DNA of 63,855 nt, filler included, from Octopus bimaculoides (lineage: Eukaryota): the NCBI RefSeq assembly GCF_001194135.2. It is 5 parts of 4 records of this genome, joined end to end, with 100 filler letters (N's around TTAATTAATTAA, not from the genome) between each part and the next. Parts side by side here need not be neighbours in the genome. Positions count along the whole stretch, not along the records: positions 44,014 to 52,532 come from NC_068983.1; positions 52,633 to 62,499 come from NC_068987.1; positions 62,600 to 63,855 come from NC_068982.1; 2 more parts are not named here. One strand, written 5' to 3'. Below are positions 51,111 to 63,855 of the stretch, piece by piece. Under the pieces are notes generated by a model that was not told the origin of the DNA, did no database searches, and saw only the letters and a list, made by a program, of their open reading frames with translations. How positions within the stretch are numbered: position 1 is the first letter of the stretch; every line of letters starts with the position of its first letter. Both the position numbers and the translations under genes were made by a program.

Positions 51111-51187
51111 AAGGACGGATGACTTAAGCTGGATTCAAGGACGGATGACTTAAGCTGGATTCAAGGACGGATGGCTTAATCTGGACT
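51111..51187. repeat. 26-bp tandem repeat, about 3 copies
   Basis: aaggacggatgacttaagctggattc twice, plus a diverged third copy. Confidence 0.9.
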
Positions 51188-51849
51188 CTGTGTCTAGCTG
51201 ATATTTATTGTCTACGGAAGAACGAAAAGTAAAGCCGACTTTACTGAACTCAGCGTTAAGTGTTCAATGCCACAGAGGTCTTCCTCCTATGAAAGCTCAA
51301 TGCCACAAAGTGCTTTCTCCTACGATTTATTTGTATAACTTGTGAAGCATGCAACAATTTTTACATAGAACACCATCAATAAAGGGGTTGGTCGATTATA
51401 TTAATCCACAGTACTAGATTAGTACTTTATTTAACTAAACCCCAAAAGAAGAATGACAAAGTTGGCATCGGCGGAATTTAACCCAGGAAGTAAATAGCAT
51501 GAGCAGACACCCTAACACTTTTTATCTTATACTCTAATAATTCTGCTACCCAAATCCCTCCTTCATATTAAATGATTATTTAATAATTAAAAATGAGTAC
51601 ATTAGCTTTATTGACTCCTTATGTATAACAAAGTTGAACAGATATAAATTCAAGGCAGATCTTAAAAAACAACTCTCATACGCCATCTTGTCCGGCCTCT
51701 ACCATTTCTTTCATTGTCTGATTTTTCAGAATCCTAAGTAATAACAAAATGTAATAAATTTTCTGTGAAACTGTTTAGCAAAATCGCCTACTTGTGTAAG
51801 AGTGAAGGTTCCTGAATTCACAACATACTATTCCTAATTATGTGACCTG

Positions 51850-52030
51850 TTAGAAACCGTAGCTATCATTTTCACTGATCTCTTCAAATTACACTCCTGT
51901 GCCTTACAGTTACAAAACCTCTTTAACATAACTCTCGATTCATAAACAGATTTGGTAGTCGATATCCTTTTCACCATAGGTTTACTCGAGCACAGCTGAC
52001 CTGGGGTTAAGCAACAACAGTAACAAAGAC
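51850..52030 (-). repeat. Dispersed repeat family E (also about 35940-36070 + and 54030-54230 -)
   Basis: Shared gttgctta/tagc-ccaggt..gagcagacctatg motif in three places. Confidence 0.55.
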
Positions 52031-52874
52031 GACCATATGGACGGACCAGTTCAAAATATCGTACGTAGACATGCACAATGGGGAACAATAAAGAATGATA
52101 TCTTCAGTTGAACGGTATTTTCTCAATCGTATACAAAAAATTGCAATGCAGCACACATTTTATCAGTGTGTTACAATGAAAGATATGGCTTTCAAATACT
52201 CTCAAATCAATGGATATCAGTTAAAAAATAGTAGTTAATTTCTTGTTTTGTGTGTGCGTATTTACCATATGTACTACTAAATTTTTAAGAAGATATTTTA
52301 TGTTGGTACTGATAGGTCAGAGAACACTTGTTCTTTGATATTGCACATACTGCCTTCATGATAAAATAACATTTCCCAATGCGCAATCGGCATTTCTCTA
52401 AACTATAACTTGTCCCTTATAGATTTTGAAATATATTACTTTGCTCAAGTGCGTTCTCAGATGTTCCCATACACATCGTATCGATTGTTGTTAGAGTAAT
52501 GACCATCAATGTTTCTGTTGAATGTATATATANNNNNNNNNNNNNNNNNNNNNNNNNNNNNNNNNNNNNNNNNNNNTTAATTAATTAANNNNNNNNNNNN
52601 NNNNNNNNNNNNNNNNNNNNNNNNNNNNNNNNTATAAATATATATATATATACATATATTCATGTATGTATATGCACACATGAAAACCGATAAAATGTTG
52701 CAGTTTGTTGTTCTTTCTGGGTTTTTTTTTATTGTTTTATTATTCTTTTATGATTGTTTTTATATTTGAATATCAATACTATTTACTTTAAGATGTGAAC
52801 ATGAGCAACGGTTCTTCTGGAACGCTTATTATTTTTCCTTTCTCTCTCTTTCTCTCCCTTTTTCTTTCTTTCTT

Positions 52875-52922
52875 CAGCAGGTTAACTTCGTCAACATCAT
52901 CGTCATCATCATCGTAATCATT

Positions 52923-52955
<33 letters not shown>

Positions 52956-52979
52956 TTCTTCTTCTTCTTCTTCTTCTTC

Positions 52980-53058
<79 letters not shown>

Positions 53059-53420
53059 CATTATTTATTATTATTATTCCATAGATTATTGATATTTCAT
53101 GTACTGTTTGTTGTATTTTAATATCAGCGATTTGGTACAAGGAAACATCGTGGAAGAAAGGAACAAAAAATTCTTTCAAAGAATATTAATGATGATGACG
53201 ACGACGATGGTGGTGACGACGATAATGATGGTGATGATAATGATGATGTTGATGATGATGTTGACGATGACGATGACGATGATGATGGTGCTGAGGAAAA
53301 GAAGGAAGAGAAGCTTATGAGTATTATGATGAGACAATGATGCTAATAATAATAATAATAACAATAACAATAATAATAATAATAATAATAATAATATTAA
53401 TAATAATAATAATAATACTG
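52875..53420. repeat. Compound trinucleotide tracts (ATC)(TTC)(TTA), then (GAT)(AAT)
   Basis: Visible directly. Confidence 0.95.
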
Positions 53421-54509
53421 AAAGAAAGCCATGGTAGAGCTTATTTGAAAATCTCCGATGAAGCAATTGCTATTTTCATTGTGTTAAATATCTCGGTGCG
53501 TGAAATAGCGCAATCATTAAAGCAAGCTACAATCGGACGGTAACTTGTCCGGAATAATTTCCTATTGAAATATGGTTTCTGCACACGCAACAAAAACAAT
53601 ATCGTATATTCTTTCAATCTTTCATTCTTTCATTCTTTCGTTCGTACATTCATAAATTCATAGATTCATACATTTATGAGAAAAACTTTTGAGTAACAGA
53701 AATAAGTTATGTTTATGTAAGCATGGACACAAGATATTGTCTTGATATATNNNNNNNNNNNNNNNNNNNNNNNNNNNNNNNNNNNNNNNNNNNNNNNNNN
53801 NNNNNNNNNNNNNNNNNNNNNNNNNNNNNNNNNNNNNNNNNNNNNNNNNNACTGGAGTCGATCTAATCGACTGGCCCCCTCCCCAAAAATTTCGGGCCTT
53901 ATGCCCAGAGGAGAAAAGAATATTTACAATGAATTTGCCATTTTTTGGTGGGTGTGCTGCGCACACCCAGCACACCGGAATATACATTCCTGATACATAC
54001 ATACATACATACATTGTATAACACGTAGTCAGAGATACCCTCTAGGATGCTCGGCTTGCCAGAAGAAATAGTCAAATCTCCTTTAAATCATGGCTTACTG
54101 ATTTTAAAAGAACATATTAGCTAACGTCACCCAGAATATACAATGCATGGGAAAAGATGAGGTGGTCACAACAGGATTGCTTTTGACCATAGGTCTGTTC
54201 AGTCGGGGTACCTGGTCTAAACAGCAACATATATATATTATAATTTTCGGTATCTGTTTAAGCCCTTATATACTCATTTATGTATAACACACACAGCACT
54301 GAACGTTTACATGCATATGTACATACCACACAAACACATAACATATATTCGTACATACATAGATACGCAGATACATACATACATACTTTCAATGAATGAA
54401 TGCATGGATAAATGAATGAATGAATGAATGAATGCATATATAAAAAAAAATACAGACAGACGGACGGACAGGCAGACAGACAGACAGACAGACAGGCAGA
54501 CAGACAGGC

Positions 54510-54573
<64 letters not shown>

Positions 54574-54682
54574 TTGCGAAAAACAGAAGGAATCCGTCAT
54601 AAAAAAACAATCAATAACCCGATTGGATGCTCATTAAATATATTTTTTTTTTTAAATAGTATGAAGTAGAAAGCTTACTAAC

Positions 54683-55022
54683 TTTGTATTTTTCGTTTGG
54701 CAGCACTCTTCGATGGCCAAATTCTTGATTCTTCTTCGTCCTGAGATCGAATCATATCTTCACTTCTATCCACAAGTCTGCTGATATCCTTATCTTTGGT
54801 ATTGTCTGTATTAAATTCCTTGGTTTTAATCTGATCGATTTCTACCGATGGAGTTGAATGTGAAGAAGATCCATGCAGAACATCTGGCTGCAATGTGCTG
54901 ACACCCGATGGTAATAAAAGAGCAAGAAAACTAAGTAAAAGTCCTATTCCTATGGAATGTTTAATATTGTTATAAATAATATCTGACAAGTTTGTTGTAC
55001 ATTGTTTCCATCTTTTTCTCAT
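54683..55022 (-). CDS. First coding exon of an unidentified secreted or membrane protein
   Basis: Lies within a 227-codon non-repetitive ORF. MRKRWKQ..HSIGIGLLLSFLALLLPSGVST is a signal peptide/anchor, followed by an acidic low-structure segment and AAKRKIQ. The ORF ends at overlapping donor motifs (AAA|gttagt at 54682, or TTA|gtaagc at 54678). The start codon is uncertain because in-frame Met codons lie upstream. Confidence 0.6.
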
Positions 55023-55540
55023 TATCGTTTTTCTTTGGCAACAAACATTGGCAGAAAACGAACTTTGAAAACGATTTTCATTTAGTCCATTGCAACATGT
55101 AACATACATGTTTAAAACTGAGGTCTTAAGTTCGATGTCGGAATATAAAAAAAGCTTAGTGAATATTTTCTTACGGTATACACATTTTGTTTTATAGAAA
55201 TAATAGCTGTTGAAGGTTTTGTGGAGATCAGTATTCGAGTGATAACTAGTTTTAAACTTGCAACAAATCTCATCTGTAGTTAAAAATATATCATAATAAC
55301 ACGATCTTCCAACGGCTGTATAATTGTCTCTTGTTTTCAACTTATCATATCTATCATACATGGTATCACAGTTGTAGAGAATTAGCCAAGTTTGCCCGTT
55401 TGTATGTACATATATAGATATATATATATATAACTGATAAGCTTCAGTTCAAATTAGAGAAGTCGGCTGCTTTTAAGAGGACTCCGCTATGCAGCCTGCT
55501 AAGACAGGCTGGACGGCTCTACTGATTTAAGTTAGCTCAC

Positions 55541-55678
55541 CTGTCGCACAGTGTCAATGAAATGTCATTGTAGTCTCCTGCCCCGTCCTACCAGAGCACG
55601 GTACAGAACACAAAGTCATACTGTGAGTGGGTATGCTAGTTGTATTAGTAGCTTTGTTAATTTGTAATTTTCGGCAAA
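55541..55678 (-). other. Candidate 5' UTR exon
   Basis: Donor CAG|gtgagc at 55540, acceptor tttttttccctcc..tatag|. A downstream acceptor tttttaactacag| at 55274 leads into the coding exon. Confidence 0.35.
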
Positions 55679-56589
55679 CTATATAGTAAATTGGAGGGAA
55701 AAAAATACTATACTTACAGCATTTTAAATTAGTGAAATGTATAAACTGAGGAATTTCGAAAAACAGAATTTGTACATCCAAAACATTCTTATATAACTAA
55801 TTTCTGTCATATGCTGATATGTTCCACCCCACCACCTTTTTTTTTTTTTTTTTTTGAGGTTATCTAATAAATATAATTTCAGATGCAACAAATAAATAGA
55901 ACACAAAAGTTTGATAATAAAAATTATACAGGATGAAATGATAATTGAACAACAAACACATTAAATTGACGAAGTCGATTCAAATTTTACCTTTCAAATT
56001 TTGTGAAATATTTTTTTTTAAAAAAAATGGAAAGAAAAGAAAAATGTACTAAATCATATGTATTGATATCAAAGGATTTTTTTCTCAATATTTTCGATAT
56101 CACTTTAAATGGCTATGCAACTGTTGCAAAATCAGATTTTTTCCCCCTAAATAACAACAAAAAATTACAAGAANNNNNNNNNNNNNNNNNNNNNNNNNNN
56201 NNNNNNNNNNNNNNNNNNNNNNNNNNNNNNNNNNNNNNNNNNNNNNNNNNNNNNNNNNNNNNNNNNNNNNNNNNNNNNNNNNNNNNNNNNNNNNNNNNNN
56301 NNNNNNNNNNNNNNNNNNNNNNNNNNNNNNNNNNNNNNNNNNNNNNNNNNNNNNNNNNNNNNNNNNNNNNNNNNNNNNNNNNNNNNNNNNNNNNNNNNNN
56401 NNNNNNACACACACACACATATATCGTATTTACGCGTGTATCAGACGAACTATTTTTATACTTCATTTCACCTGAAAAAAACTGGGGTGTAACTTACACA
56501 CGAGGCAAAATAAAAATTATGAAAGGAAAAAGACTTGCACCAAGATTTAACACTAAATTAGGAATGTGACTTATACAAGAGTAAATACG

Positions 56590-56631
<42 letters not shown>

Positions 56632-57134
56632 CATACAAATATATATCCACACATATATCTATGCAGACATATGTATATCATACATACACATACACACATG
56701 CATGCACACATATATATACATACTTGTATACATACATACATACATACATACATACATGTGCGTATTGTGTGTTTGTGTGTATGCACGTGCGCGTGTCTAG
56801 AGATGCAAACCGAAGATTGGGCTTCACAACCATTTTACAAGTTTCTCTTCATCTTATTCATGCGAGGAACGGCTTGCGATGTTTGCCATTATCATGTGTT
56901 CGTTCGGATCTGAAAAAGTATGTAATGGAGCTGTGCAGAAATTTATCTTCATTTCACAACTGATTGTATAAATGGGAATATTCTATTATTTCGCTTAGGC
57001 ATGGTGATGCTAATAAACTAATGTTAGAACTCAATATAAATGAGAATATATTTTCCAATGCATCCTTTCTTTCATTATTACAGTAGAGTCTGATTTGAAG
57101 GAAACTTTGTTGTTATATCTAGCAGATCACGTAC

Positions 57135-57300
57135 CTGTGCACAGACGTCCCGTCGATAATTCGATGCGAGCTTCAGTGTTAACGTGGAGTCCAAGCTCAG
57201 TCGTAGAAGAACGTCTCTGATGAAAGATAGCTGCAGGTTCGGCGACTGCTGAATGGTTGATAAGTCTAATGATGAAAGTTTGGTGTCAAAAGAGTGTTTG
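57135..57300 (-). other. Candidate upstream 5' UTR exon
   Basis: GC-richer unique island ending in a strong minus-strand donor CAG|gtacgt at 57134. The 5' boundary is unknown. Confidence 0.3.
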
Positions 57301-57374
57301 CAAAAATCAACTACAATATTCCTATTCTATTGTTTATTTAATTATATAGATTTCAAACACATCTGAAGTATTCT

Positions 57375-57558
57375 ATTATTTGGTTCAGTCATTTGACTGT
57401 GGCCATGCTGGAGCACCGCCTTTAGTCGAGCAAATCGACCCCAGGACTTATTCTTTGTAAGCCTAGTACTTATTCTATCGGGTTTTTTTTGCCGAACCGC
57501 TAAGTTACGGGGACGTAATCACACCAACATCTGTTGTCAAGCGATGGTGTGGGAACAA

Positions 57559-57611
<53 letters not shown>

Positions 57612-57765
57612 TATATATATACGACGGGCTTCTTTCGGTTTTCGTCTATCAAATCCACTCACAAGGCTTTGGTCGGCCCGAGGCTATAGTAGAAGACACA
57701 CACTCAAGGTGCCATTCAGTGGGACTGAACCATGTGGTTGGTAAGCAAGCTACTTATCACGCACA
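57375..57765 (-). mobile_element. SINE family B, near-consensus copy (others at about 61365-61585 and 62415-62499)
   Basis: Full match to the family B consensus. Confidence 0.9.
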
Positions 57766-58926
57766 GAAAAAAATGTAAAATTATATAAAAACAACGAACC
57801 ATATTATATTGGGAATTATCATTTAATTTGGAATATGATTTTCTCTGGTTCTCTCCAAAGCATTTTTATAAGTTTATCTTAAACGTCCATGTTTATTTTC
57901 AGATTTTCAGTCTGTCATTTCATGCATTCTGAGGAATATAAAGTTTTCCTTCCAGAATTCCTAAGTTTCTTTAGTAGTTATGCATGTACGCCAAGGAGAA
58001 GTCCTATGTATCACATGTTATACTCAGGACAGGCAATGGATTAACGTATTTTGTATGGTTAAATATTCTATTTGGTTAAATACCAGTTAAATATACTCAT
58101 TTTAATGACATTAAAAATATATGGCAACAAATGTTGAAGCCGTTTGCCGAGAATCGCAATGTATCGGTTGAGAGAGTGTTGGTGTGTTTCTGTTTTGTTC
58201 TTGAAAATTATTGAAACTCGAAATGCTTATAGTTAACTTGTTTAGGTGGAGAGGGTTTGTTACATATATACATATCGTTGCATACGTTGCATAATCATCA
58301 TTTTAATTACATTATAATTATCGTTATAATACATTAGTATAATGTATGTTATTTTTATGCGTATATGACCAAGACAGAATAGTAATATCTATTGAGCTAC
58401 ATTATTGTAGCTCAATAAATAAATTCTAACATTTCCAATTAAGGTACCAAACGTCAGGAAACTTATTTTTAAGGAAGTTTAATCTTGTATAATTTTTCTT
58501 TTTCGGATAAGTCGCAGATCAAGCTTACCTGCTCCTTAGCTAAAATCAAAATTACTTAGTAGTATACAAATGCAAGACTGCAACACGTCATGAAATCACC
58601 ATAAAGAATAATAACAGTTTCACACACAAGTGTTTATAAAGTAGATGATTATCGGCAAAATGCTCCATGTTGGAGTCAGCACTACTCTATTCGAGAACAT
58701 AACGAAGATTCAAGCAATTTTTGTACATTTGCAAAGGGTAGTTATGTATTTAATAGTGAACATCTTAGAGGTATAGGGAAGGTTAAAAACAGTCAAACCA
58801 CCAGATCTTGCAAGCAAAAGAAGACATTTATATCAGAAAATAATTCAAAGAAATACTATAGGCAAACTAAGCATACTTTTGAAATATTTTACATAGAGAA
58901 CACTAGATATCTAATTGTGTCTAAAG

Positions 58927-59170
58927 AGAGTTATTTTCTTTTAGTGCCTTATTATTTGACATACTCACCGGTTCGATTTCCACTCATTTACTTATTTTTT
59001 TCTAAAATTTTCGTTGCGTCTTGAAACCTTTTTGATAGTCGTTGACTCTCAACGACTATTGAACAGGTTGCAAGGCGCAACGAAAATTTTAGGAAAAATA
59101 AATAAGTAAATGAGTGGAAACTTTACTGGTGAGTGTGTTAAATAATAAGGCACTAAAAGAGAATGACTCT
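58927..59170. repeat. About 245-bp foldback / MITE-like palindrome
   Basis: cttttagtgccttattatt..ttccactcatttacttatt..atagtcgttga|ctc|tcaacgactat..aataagtaaatgagtggaaa..aataataaggcactaaaag. Confidence 0.9.
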
Positions 59171-60414
59171 CCCCAGACACAACAAAGTATGCTTCAACAC
59201 ATGAATTCACATAAAGAATGTTGCAAACCAAATAAAAAACGAAATTAGATATCTAGTTATGAAAAAACTTATGCAGTAAAGAAGACATTAGCTCAATGAC
59301 TAATATAATTTAAATCATTATTGTAAAAACAGGAGACAATTCCACAATTTGATGATATTAGACCTCCTCAGTGATGCATAAACTTCACTGTACTAGCCAA
59401 ATTAAGAATTAGAGATATGGAAAATATAAAATCGTCCACGAGCATACGTGAAAAATTAATGTATTTTATATTTTTGAAAAATAAATCACTGAAGTTCATT
59501 ATTCAGAGCTAATATTTTTCATTGACGTAGACTTTTACTCACTGTATTTATAATTAAGCATTTAATGTTGCATTAGATGTAGGACGGTTGATTAGCAGGT
59601 AAAAGCCTTGCGGTAATTGATCTGATTCTCTGCATGTTGAGTTCAAATACCATTTAAGCTAACGTTGCTTTTCCATCCCTTGGGGACAATAAAATAATAA
59701 CTTACCATTTAAATATTTATTTCCTCTACTCTCTCCCTCTCTCTCTCTCTGAGAATTAACTACGCTACACTGTGAAAGGGTCGTTGAGATCATACTCGAG
59801 AACCCCTACCGCCAAAAGATGGAGGAGGGTTGAACTAGGAATGAGCAACCACTTCTTTTGTAACATGTTAAATAAAAGTTCAATAAACTCATGAAACAGG
59901 GCGGGCCTGGTCTGGATGATATGCTATGCAGTGCAGAACAATTTGAAAATAAACATGAAAAGTAATTAAATTTTCTAACTTAACTATTGTTTTTCAAGCG
60001 GATTGTATCTCTAAGTAATTAACGTCTATAATATGTGATTTGTAAGCATATATGTGGCAGAGATCTAAATAAATGCAATGTATCCATCTCAGATCCAATA
60101 TGAGTGGTTCTACTTATACCCATTGTTCTTTCTCACACACACATAGCTGCACATGCAGGTCGGAGCAAAGCACCTTCTAGAGTGCAGCTGCAGAGTGAGT
60201 ATCCTAACATGCAACCATGGACAATAGATGTTCATCGTTGCAGAAGATTTCGTTTGTCTTATAAACGTGTGTCTCCTCCCATAAGCAGCCATACTTTCAG
60301 TGATAAACGCAGCTACCCGCTTCTACTTGGCTTCCTTGCCAACTTCCCATTCTTGTTACTTCAACACACGATATTCTAACATTTCCCCAAGACCAGCTAT
60401 AGTTTAGTAGCTGC

Positions 60415-61085
60415 TTCTCAAATCATAATATTGGTTTCAAGTTTTGGAACAAGACCAGAAAGTTAGGGGGAGGGTAGTCAATCGATTACATCCACTCTAG
60501 TTCTCTTCAACTAGTACTTATTTTATCGACACCGAAAGGATGGAAGGTTAGGTCGATCTCAGCGGAATTTGAACTCAGAAAGTAAAGACGAACGAAATGC
60601 TGCTAAGCATTTTGCCCGGCGTGCTAATGATTCTGCCAAGCTCGCCACCTTTTCTCAAAATTATAATATTCTTTTCTACTCAAGGCACAAGGCCCGAAAT
60701 TTTGTGGGTATGGGGCTAATCGATTAGATCGACCCCAGTACGCAATGTTTCTTAATTTATCGACCCCGAAAGGATGAAAGGCAAAGTCGACCTCGGCGGA
60801 ATTTGAACTCAGAACGTAAAGACAGACGAAATACCGCTAAGCATTTTGCCCGACGTGCTACCGATTCTTCCACCTTTTCTTAAAATTACATTATTGTTTC
60901 TATCATAGAAACAAAGACAGGAAATTGGGATGAAGGAGTTTACTCGATTACTTCAACTCCAGTATCATCGACCTCGAATGGGTGGAGGATAAACTTGATG
61001 TCAGTTGGGGTTGAATTCAGAACGTAAATCAGAATTCAAATAAATACCGCAGGACTTTTTGTCCAACGATCTAACGATTCTGCCT
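60415..61085 (-). mobile_element. Three head-to-tail SINE family A copies
   Basis: Repeated ggaatttgaactcagaa..gctaagcattttgccc..gattctgcc units. Confidence 0.85.
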
Positions 61086-61826
61086 ATTTGCGAAGATATA
61101 TCTTTTAGATGTGTCAAACAGTCCAATACAACACTCTTTTTTAAGCCCATTCAATTCTATTCTATAATGTCTGCCTCGACCAGAATCGTGAAACTGTAAA
61201 AGCATTATTTAGCGGAATTAATAATTCGTTGTCCCTTCTAGCAATATGGAAAACGTTTCTGCACCTCACCGTCAACATCCAAATATTACATTTCTAATCA
61301 GCAGAATCTTCGGTTGTAGGACTGCAATTGACGAATTATTAGATGGGAGGTTGTTAGTTTATTATTTTATTCTTTTACTTGTTTCAGTCATTTATTGCGG
61401 CCATGCTGGGGCACCGCCTTGATGAAATTTAGTCAAACGAATCGACCGCAGTACTTTTTTTTAAGCCTAGTACTTATTTTATCGGAATCTTTCGCCGAAC
61501 TGCTAAGTTATGAAGACGTAAGCACACTAACATCGGTTGTCAAGTGGTGGTGGGACACACACACACACACACACACACATACAAAGGCAAACAATTCGCG
61601 AGAAAAAGTAATTCCCGAAAAATTAATTTGCTAAGATATTATTAATTTTGTTATTATCTGGTATGACTATTTTAAAAAATGATAATAACAGAATCAATAA
61701 TATAGGCAATTGCAGGCCCAAGAAAAGCATTAAATAGCTGACGGGTTATGATTAATCAAAGGACATAGTAAGTATGTCTACCTGCTGGAAATAACAGTCA
61801 AAACTCTTATTTAAATCACCAAAAAT

Positions 61827-61945
61827 ACTGATGATAGCTACAAAGGTCAACCGAAAGCAGATCAGGTTAATAAAATCTCCTAACGTATATTAAAGTATTT
61901 GAACTCCTGATCTACTTTCGGTTGATTTCTGTAGTTATCATCAGT
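61827..61945. repeat. Inverted repeat with about 40-bp arms
   Basis: actgatgatagctacaaaggtcaaccgaaagcagatcagg / cctgatctactttcggttgatttctgtagttatcatcagt. The right arm runs into a gap. Confidence 0.8.
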
Positions 61946-62705
61946 NNNNNNNNNNTATATCAGTGGTAACTCCGGCACTCGGGCTGTTCAGGCTTAGCCT
62001 GAGTATAAATTTAATAAAGTGAACGTGTATTTGCAAGCTGATTTAATTTCTGCTAACACTGACTTCAAGTATGTAGCTGCAGCTAATAACTCGGGCTCCT
62101 TTTATTGAGCCTGGTCGCAGTTCATTTATTTCGTTCAGCGTCTGGCAATGTCTTAGAGGTACCCTGTGGCAAAAAATATCATTCGTAGCAGACGTTCTCC
62201 CGACATCGTTCACACGCGCCGGACTCGGCCTCAGAAGTCACAGCCCGAGTTGTTATCTATAATCGTAAAAATTAAAATAATTCAAATTCAATGTTTTCTT
62301 GAAACAATAAATTTCTATAGAGATTAATATTTAAATTCCAATCTATGAAAAGTTTTCGTTCTACAATATTCTTAAAAGAACGAAAATTTATCCAGCAACT
62401 CGGGCTAATACGAACGAGTCTAGTAGGACCAAGGTGCAACGCAGTGGAACTGAACCCGGAACCAAGTGATTGGAAAGCAAACTTCTTACCCTACAGTCAN
62501 NNNNNNNNNNNNNNNNNNNNNNNNNNNNNNNNNNNNNNNNNNNTTAATTAATTAANNNNNNNNNNNNNNNNNNNNNNNNNNNNNNNNNNNNNNNNNNNNA
62601 ACTTCATGTTACGCTCGGTGCTTAGCTCACGCTTTATTCTCAAGCATATGTATATTAAGTTCTAACACCAGGTTATTAGTATTGCTATGCCTAAGCGAAA
62701 TCTTA

Positions 62706-62739
<34 letters not shown>

Positions 62740-62777
62740 ATGTATGTATGTACATATGGCTCAGAATTATGATTAAT

Positions 62778-63000
62778 AAGGCGGCGAGCTGGCAGAATCG
62801 TTAGCACGCTGGACGAAATGCTCAGCGGTATTTCGCCCGTCGCTATGTTCTGAGTTCAAATTCCGCCGAGGTCGACTTTGCTTTTTCATCCTTTCAGAGG
62901 TCAATAAATTAAGTACCAGTTGTGTACTGGAAATAGATCTAATCGACTAGTCCCCTTCCCTACCCAAAATTCAGGCCTTGTGCCTATAATAGAAAGGATT
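62778..63000 (+). mobile_element. SINE family A, near-consensus copy
   Basis: ggcggcgagctggcagaatcgttagc..ttctgagttcaaattccgccgaggtcgactttg, with an (ATT)n tail. Confidence 0.9.
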
Positions 63001-63298
63001 ATTATTATTGTTGTTGTTCGCGGTTGTAATAGAAGTAATAGTAGTAGTATTAGCAGCAGAAACAGCAGTAGTGGTGGTGGTGGTGGTGGTGGTAGTAGTA
63101 GCAATGCTGGGTTTGTTGTCTAGCACGACGACTATTTCCGTTCTGTTGCTTCAGAACAGGCAATTTATTTATTATGATTTATATGTTTCATCTTTTATTC
63201 AATACATAATACATGTGTTATTTCATGTTACTTCATTGTCAATCTATCCTATGCTTTCCTCCTCCTCCCCCCTCTACTTGCAATAACTTTCATTTTCA

Positions 63299-63338
<40 letters not shown>

Positions 63339-63405
63339 GCCCTCTCTTTTACTCTGCCTCGTGTGTGTGTATGTGTGAAAGACGCACACACGCACATATA
63401 CATAG

Positions 63406-63452
<47 letters not shown>

Positions 63453-63570
63453 AGAATATGCATAAAATAAACATATATGCATGTATAAATACATACATAT
63501 ACATACACAGGCACACGCCTACTTATCTATCACTATTGTCTGTTATCTATGTATTTACACACTCACACAA

Positions 63571-63625
<55 letters not shown>

Positions 63626-63855
63626 GCCATGCATCTACATCATATACCCGCTACCCCACCCCTTTCTCAATGTTTCACAATCACGAAATCCTTTTCTTCC
63701 TTCCTTCCTTCCTCTCCTCACCCTCCGCTTGGTGTTTCAAGTTTTTTCTTTCATTTACCGACTCATCCTCTCTCTCTTTCTTCCGTTCCTCTCTCCCTCT
63801 CTCACTTTTGCACACACACACACAAACACACTCGCCTTTTTCCTATGCTCATTCT

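Noticed and set aside
51111-51187. CRISPR-like array
   Set aside because: The repeats are contiguous with no spacers, in eukaryotic DNA with no cas genes.
51682-51733. Minus-strand 52-nt exon candidate as exon 2 of the 55-kb gene
   Set aside because: Joining to either donor (phase 1 or 2) creates an immediate stop. It would need an unseen intervening exon.
60104-60379. 91-aa ORF and its antisense partner
   Set aside because: No recognisable domain or splice context. It is probably decayed TE sequence.

Overview
AT-rich, microsatellite-dense, gapped animal genomic DNA. The repertoire of tRNA-derived SINEs, Penelope-like elements (PLEs), mariner remnants and abundant (CA)n/(TA)n/(AAT)n tracts resembles an octopus draft assembly; this is an inference that needs BLAST confirmation. 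Almost all of the window is intronic or intergenic. The only credible host coding sequence is a minus-strand first coding exon at about 54.7-55.0 kb, encoding a signal-peptide-bearing protein I cannot name. It has candidate 5' UTR exons upstream, and I could not identify its downstream exons. The rest consists of four dispersed high-copy SINE-like families, at least three PLE GIY-YIG lineages, decayed mariner transposases, a LINE 3' end, Helitron/Helentron-like elements, hAT and Tc1 MITEs and several foldback palindromes. The most interesting signal is a PLE family whose terminal repeat carries both a tRNA-like Pol III module and a minimal hammerhead ribozyme, seen in two independent insertions. 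A second PLE-like family has its own hammerheads. Four 100-bp gaps contain an artificial TTAATTAATTAA spacer, so continuity across them is uncertain. No CRISPR, rRNA or genuine tRNA gene is present. Repeat boundaries are approximate.
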